Positions 58,046 through 64,000 of a DNA stretch of 64,000 nt are shown one piece after another. A program made the translations under genes and the position numbers. The notes under the pieces were generated by a model. That model made no database searches, was not told the origin of the DNA, and worked only from the letters and a program-made list of their open reading frames with translations. The stretch is from Felis catus. Taxonomy: Eukaryota. Every line of letters starts with the position of its first letter. The stretch's first letter is position 1. The DNA lies in NCBI RefSeq assembly GCF_018350175.1, contig NC_058375.1, forward strand, positions 62,001 through 126,000, read 5' to 3'.

Positions 58046-60312
58046 AAGACACTCTTCTCAAACCTCCTGACTCCATCCAAATTAATCAAGTCAGTATGAA
58101 TTGAGCCATTCCAAGCAACTGTGAGGACAAAGGTGGTTGACACAGACATGGCCCTGGCCTCTGGAGCCCACGGAGACTGGTGGGAAAGTGGGGAGAGAAT
58201 TCCAGCCAGGAGGCTGAGTTCAAAGACACAGAGATCAGAAGGGGCTTGCGTGACTGAGGAACTGTGTGTGGTCCCCGACAGAGCCTGAGAGACCCTTGGA
58301 GGGTCCTCACTGCAAATCTCCCTTTGGCAACAGCGTTAAGACATTACCAGAAACAGGAAGTAAAGGTAGCATGGGGGTGCAGGTGGGGGTGGGAAGGACA
58401 GGGAGTAAGGCAGGCAGGAAATGGGACACCAGGGATCTGGTCTAGAGTTATCACTGCCCTTTTATGGGAGGAGGGAGAGCATGACAGCCCCAAGTTCCAG
58501 GTGATGTTCCCAGGTGGCTCTTTTTCATTTGGCCACATAGGTAGGGAGGACCCTCTCTTTCCTGCAGGGTGTGTGGGCCCCTGCTTTGTACAAACTCTAC
58601 CCACCCTCCAGCCCTCCCCCCCCCCCCCCACCAGGCTTCACATCCCCACCCCAGCCCTCTTCTGCACTGAGGCCCTCCCTGAGCAACTGCTCTCCCCCAA
58701 CCAAGCTGAGCTCCCTGCTCCAGCAATAGACCCTGGGCAGGTCTCTTGCCAAAGAGGGCTTCCCAGGCCTTGACCAACTGTTCTTTCCCCACAGCCCTGC
58801 CAGAGCTGCAGCTCCGAGACAGAGGGACTACTTTGAGGCTCCCCCAGGGCCAGGACCACCGAATGTGTGTATCTCCAAGGCCCACGTGGCTGCCACCATC
58901 TAGCACCACTGACCCAGGTCCTTGACTCTCAGGGAGATGGGCAAAGCAGCCAGAGGGCAGGGATGACAGGCTTGGTGGGGACTTGGAAGTCCCTGACAGG
59001 TGAGCATGGCTGAGTGTAGGAGAACCAGGTGATCCCTGCCTACGACACGGCCACGGAGGCCACTGGAGGAGCAGCAGACCAACCTCTGTCAGGGACCCAC
59101 CCTCTTTCTCCCTGAAGAGCCCTGGCCAAGCAGGAGGCAGGCAACCATCTGACAAACTCGGCTGCAGTTGGAAATGAATCTTGGCTCAGCCTCAGATGGG
59201 CTCGGGGTGAGACGCTCCAGTCTCAGCTTATGTGGCTCAGAACACCCCTCGTTGCACCTGGAGCACAGCCCCCTGCAGCAGCTCAGGAAGACCTGGGACC
59301 GCAGGACAGTGACTCCAGGGCTGATGTCCAATGCTGCCTAGTATCACTGCCTGGCACTGTATGGCTGACACAGTAGGTACTCGGGAAAAAGGCATGGGCA
59401 GGACCACCCTCCAGTCTTCTCCCACTAGCAGAGACCTTCCCTCCCAGGGCACACGTCAAGACTGGACTCTGGTGGGGGAGTATCCCTCCCCCTCCCACCG
59501 CTGGCACTAAGTGTTCTTTGCCAGTCTTGCCCCAGTTCCTTGTCCCCAAGACTCAGACACCCTCTCCTGGGCAGACGCTGCCCTGGGGCTGACTCAGTCC
59601 AAGGAGCTTTGTGTTGAAGGAACCAAGAGAACAAAGTAGGAAGTGGACCAGGCCAGTGCTGAAGCTTCAGGGCAAGCTTTCGGCTCTGGCCACAGCTCAG
59701 CTGCCCAAGACAAGTGTGTGACTATGTCTCCATCTTCCAAGGTCCACAGAAGTGGCAGTGGGGTAAAGTACCTTAAAAAAACAAAAACAAACAAACATCT
59801 TGCCCAATGACGCTGCACAACTGCTTTCCCACGCTGGGATACATTCTGGGAAACGTGATGACTGTCACCTTCCCGCCTGAACCTCCTGAGGGGCCTCTCA
59901 AACCCCCCCCCCCCGCCCCGCCCCGCCCCGCCGCGCCACTTCTAGGAGGGTCGCTGGCCTCTGAACCATCGCAGGCGCACCAGCCAGGCCCGGCGGGGGG
60001 CGGGAGGAGGGGCGGGAAGGGACGGAGGGAAGGGCCCCCTCCCCCCCTCCCCCCTCCCCCCCCCCCCGAGGGTGCAGACTGTGGGGAAGAGCAACCCGAA
60101 GTCCCGCCCCGGAAGTCCAGCGCAAAGTAAACAGCAGACCGCCCCCACCCCCACCCCCAGCTAAGCGCTGAAAGAGACGTCAGACTAGACTCTTCACAAG
60201 GACAAAAAAATATAAAAACTCTCTCAATGTGGGCCCTGGAAACAAATAGTCTCTGGTCCACTCCCGGCAAAGGCCGCGGCCCTAGAACGGGGTGCAGCTT
60301 CCGCTACAGTCC

Positions 60313-61227
60313 TCACCGCAGCCACGGCCTCCAGGGCGCGCCCCGGCCCTGCGGGCCAGCCCTGGGGGCGGCGAGGGGCGCCCCGGTCAGGCCTGGCGGG
60401 AGCCGCAGCGCCAAGACCGACCCGGGGCGCGGCAGGGGGAAGAAGGGACCGTCGAAGGCCGCGAGCGGCGGGCAGCCGTAGACCTGGGCCGGGGGGACGG
60501 GGCGGCGCGAGGGCCCCAGCTGGCGCAGGCAGGCCGCCAGGTGGCCCAGCAGGCGAGAACGCACGTCGGCCGGGACGCCCTCGCAGCCGGCCAAGAAGCG
60601 ATTCACCTCCGCCAGACACTCGTTGAAGCCGGCGCGGTACTTGCCCAGGACGGCGGGGTCAGCGCCGAGCGCGGCTGCGGGGGCGGCAGGGGGCAGGCGG
60701 TCGGTTCCCGCCGCGGTGGCCCTGAGCGCCTCCCGTCACCTCCCCCTCCCGCGCCCCGCCCGCGCCTCACCTGTCACCTGTACGCGTCGCAGGCTCTGCA
60801 AGTGCCTCACGGTTATCTCCAGGATGTCCGCTTTCTCCAGCTTCGAATGGCGGGAGCTCTGGGGACAGGGACGGTGTGGGCGGCTGGCAACACAGCGGCG
60901 CGCCGAGGCTCCCGGCACCCGCCCCCCCTCCGCCCCTCGATCCCACCTCCCGACCCCGACTCACATCCTTCCTGAAGGCATCCAGGACGAGGGTCTTGAG
61001 CTGCGCGAGGCTTTCGTTGATGCGCGCTCGGCGCCGCTTCTCCATGACCGGCTTGGAGGACTGCGGGCCGGGCTGTGGCTGAGTCCCGCGTGCGTCCGCC
61101 CCACCCCACGCCCCCCACCCCGCGCCCGGCAGGTCCCCACCTTTCGGTGTTCCGCCGCGCTCCGGGGCTTACCCGGCGCTCCGGCCGGCGGCGAGGCTCT
61201 CGGCTTCCCCGGGGTCTCCGCGGGCAT
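60313..61227 (-). CDS. HES4: Hairy/E(spl) bHLH-Orange repressor HES4, 210 aa
   Basis: Exons 61141-61227, 60965-61060, 60771-60858, 60313-60674 (TGA); total 633 nt. b[42 protein letters not shown], Orange domain [17 protein letters not shown]-terminal WRPWLR*; syntenic position next to PERM1. Confidence 0.96.
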
Positions 61228-61303
61228 GGTGCGCCCCCGCGCCTCCGGGCCCGCACGGAGCGTCGCCGGCCGCCGGGCTACTTAAGGCGGCGCGGCCGCA
61301 GGG

Positions 61304-61335
61304 CGTGTGAACTCGGCTCCGCATTCTTTCCCACG
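61304..61335 (-). promoter_or_regulatory. Paired RBPJ/CSL site (SPS) in the HES4 promoter
   Basis: Minus strand reads CGTGGGAA-16 nt-TTCACACG, the head-to-head geometry of the HES1 Notch paired site; CCAAT box adjacent at 61346-61350. Confidence 0.88.
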
Positions 61336-62278
61336 CTGGCGCCAGCCAATGAGCGGCTGCGCTCCCCCTCCCCGCTCCCCCCCAGCACACTCGCGGGCTG
61401 CGCGCGGGGCCGCCCGCCCCCGGCCGCGGCCCCCGCCAAACGCCAGTCAAGCCTGCGCCCCGGGCCCGCGACAAAGGGCACTGGAAGCGTCCTGCCCGCG
61501 CCCGCCTCCAGCTAGGCCGGGACGACGCGGGAAGGGCGCCTGCCCCCGCCTCTGCAGCCGCGGCCAGAGCCGCACGCCTGCGCCGGGCCTCTCCGGCCCA
61601 CCCCAGGCAGCGGACCCCGCCCCGCCCCGCCCCGCCCCCCTCTCCGGGCGGGGCGGAGTCGCGAGGCCCTCACTGAAGCCCAGCGGAGTCGGGGTGGGGG
61701 TGGGGCGCGGAGTTCACGGTGGGCGGCGCGGGAAATCTGAAAGGAGAATTCTCCAGGGGAAGTGGGTCAGACGCCCCATCCCCGCCCGCCCCGGGATTGG
61801 CGAGCCTCAGTCCACAGGCCTCCCGTTTTCCTCCGCCATCGCCAGTCACCACCAGGGACTAGGGTCTCATCTGACCTGCCACGCGCTTAGCCTCCCGGGG
61901 TCCCCACGGCCTGCACACCTCCTCAAGGCCTGTGACACAGTGAACACCAGCCACTGGGCAGGACAGAGGTCCGCTGCCCAAGGTCATGAGGCAGGCAGGG
62001 TGGCGTCACGGGACATTTAAATTGTGACATAGAACCAACGAGGGTGCTGCTGCAGGTAGAGGGATGTCACCAGTCACGCAGGAAGATGTAAGGATGTCAC
62101 CTGGTCAGTCTGGCGATGCCACCAGATAACAGAGGTGATATCTCTGGTGAAGGTACATGGTGATAGACCAGACAAGGGGATGTCATGGGGCTGGTGATGT
62201 CACATTGGTCTAGATTACCCAACAGCAAAGTAGGGCTCACAAAAAATGAGGAACAGTTACTAAAATCTGCTTATTTCA

Positions 62279-62404
62279 GGGGTGCTGGGGGCTCAGTCAG
62301 TCGACCGTCTGACTTCCGCTCAGGTCCTGATCTCGCCTTAGTGAGTTCCAGTCCCGCATGGGGCTCTGTGCTGATGGCTCAGAGCCTGGAGCCTGCTTCT
62401 GATT

Positions 62405-62450
<46 letters not shown>

Positions 62451-62538
62451 CCTTCCCTGCTCAAACTCTGTCTCTGTCTCCGTCTCTCAAAAACTAAAAT
62501 AACACATTAAAAAATTGTCTCTTTCTCTTAAAAAAAAA
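62279..62538 (+). mobile_element. CanSINE with expanded (CT)n
   Basis: ggggtgctgggggctcagtcag..gctcagagcctggagcctgcttctgattct, (CT)n at 62410-62447, A-rich tail. Confidence 0.9.
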
Positions 62539-62639
62539 TGTGCTGTTTCAAAGTGACATAGTGGGAAAAACAGGACTATGTTTATCTTCCTGTTCCATAT
62601 TGTTTTCATTCTGGGGGCTTTTTTGGTGGGTTTTGTTCT

Positions 62640-62776
62640 GGTTTGGCTTTTTGTTTTTTGTTTGATTTTTGGTTTTTTAAGATTTTATATTTAAGTAATC
62701 TCTACACCGAAAGCGAGGCTCAAACTCACAAACCAGAGATCAAGAGTCGCATGCTCTACTGACCAAGCCAGCCAGG
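62640..62776 (-). mobile_element. Short-type CanSINE
   Basis: tttaagtaatctctacacc..gagatcaagagtcgcatgctctactgaccaagccagccagg. Confidence 0.85.
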
Positions 62777-64000
62777 TACTGTGATATTATTTTCATTTTG
62801 AATTATATTGCTGGCCTATACTCTTTCGAGTACTCAGAGTCTCCAGTCCACTGTGGCCTGATGGCAGTGTTGCCATCCATCCCACAGACACTTCTGGGGC
62901 TCACTGTGGGCCTGGCCAGCCCTTGGGGTGGGGGAAGCCTATCCTGGGGCTTCTAATCTGGTGGATGACAGGGCAAGCAAAATAATCATTCCTTTGGAAG
63001 TGATAGAAAGAAATGGGTGGGCTGCTGGGAGAGAAGAAATCTTTCTTTTCACCTCAAGTCGAGGTGGGATCTCCTGGGGAGAATGCAGCTTTGCAAGGCC
63101 CCAGGGTGAGGGAGTGGCATCCCTAGAATTCGAAAGGGACTACAGAGGCCAAGGGAGGAGGGGAAGGGGCGGGCAGAGGCTTCTGGCTCCCGGAAGGATC
63201 TGAGAGCCTCAGGGGCCTTTTCTGAGCAAGGCCAGGAGCCAAATGGCAGCTCGGAAAGGGTCCCCTCCACTGTTGTGGGTCTCCATAGTGAGTGTCGTTG
63301 GTGCTGCCCCCTGACCCAACGCCCATTCCCGGGGTCCCACTTTGGGGTCCCATCCAGAGGCCTTCGTCCCATTCCGAGGCTGATTCTAGTCTAGTGCCAG
63401 GCAAAGATTGCCCCTGCCCTCTACCGATGCCCCCCACAGTCGGCCTGGAGTGCAGGGATGGGGCAGGGTGCAGCTAAAGTTCTCCCCACCACACAGTCGC
63501 ACATGGGCACCCAGATGAGGCTACCCATTCCCCTTTCCGGCCTCAGAGGAGCATGCGGGAGGAGTGGAGGGGGCATTGGAAAGCCGCTGGGGTCAGGCAG
63601 GGTTCTTCCGAAGGGGACCCCACCCCCCCCCCACACCCTGCTAGCACGAAAAGCCTGGGAGCATGATTGGTCCGGCGGTACAGGCGCGGCTCAGACTAGT
63701 CTTGCTGTCGAGGAGGTGGAGGTCATGAGGATTGCAGAGGACAGAAGCCCGCAGGCACCTTCGGTGGCCACTGGCGCCTCCTCCTCTTTCCGGGAGTGAT
63801 GGAGGAAGCTGCCTCCAGGAGGACCAGATGTGGGTGGGCTCTGGGAGGCTCCTAGCCTCCTGTGGAGGCCAGATAGGCAGGGGATTCAGACTGGAAGGAG
63901 AGGCCTGAGGAACTACGTTTTTGGCCATTCTTTCCCTCACTAGTTGTTAGATGGGCTGACTTACCTTCCTATACCTGCGTCCTCGCCTGTAAAATGGGTC

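Larger units (their letters stand above)
59880..61800. promoter_or_regulatory. CpG island covering the whole HES4 gene
   Basis: Continuous CpG-dense sequence with multiple GGGGCGGGG boxes. Confidence 0.85.

Noticed and set aside
52658-59155. Intergenic ORFs of 190-245 aa (52658, 55241, 55594, 58451)
   Set aside because: No domain signal or exon structure; the 55241 and 55594 ORFs overlap an MLT LTR remnant.
60224-62020. Long ORFs over and around HES4 (227, 220, 237 aa)
   Set aside because: Antisense or alternate-frame shadows of a CpG island; low-complexity Arg/Pro/Gly/Ala, mostly non-ATG starts.

Overview
Mammalian, GC-rich, gene-dense genomic DNA. It is almost certainly from a feliform carnivore, probably Felidae, judging from felid-type CanSINEs. 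The gene order matches the block known from human 1p36.33: 3' part of SAMD11 (+), NOC2L (-, 19 coding exons, 749 aa), KLHL17 (+, 12 exons, 643 aa, one GC-AG intron), PLEKHN1 (+, 16 exons, ~618 aa), PERM1 (-, 3 coding exons, 747 aa), a ~16 kb repeat-rich intergenic interval (L1, LTR, CanSINE, three N gaps), and HES4 (-, 4 exons, 210 aa) with a Notch paired RBPJ site in its promoter. All exon chains were assembled by hand from splice sites and keep frame. Comparisons to human proteins are from memory, not from a search. I found no evidence for a new protein-coding gene or a wholly new system; most ORF-track entries are GC-rich shadows. The best leads are: (1) a 71-bp tandem duplication that doubles the PERM1 splice donor and would create a frameshifted, possibly NMD-targeted isoform; (2) repeated short motifs and a PP1-type RVxF motif in PERM1; (3) a donor-deleted copy of a SAMD11 exon end; (4) a 29-bp tailless SINE head with target-site duplications; (5) old L1 remnants that have become CpG-rich.
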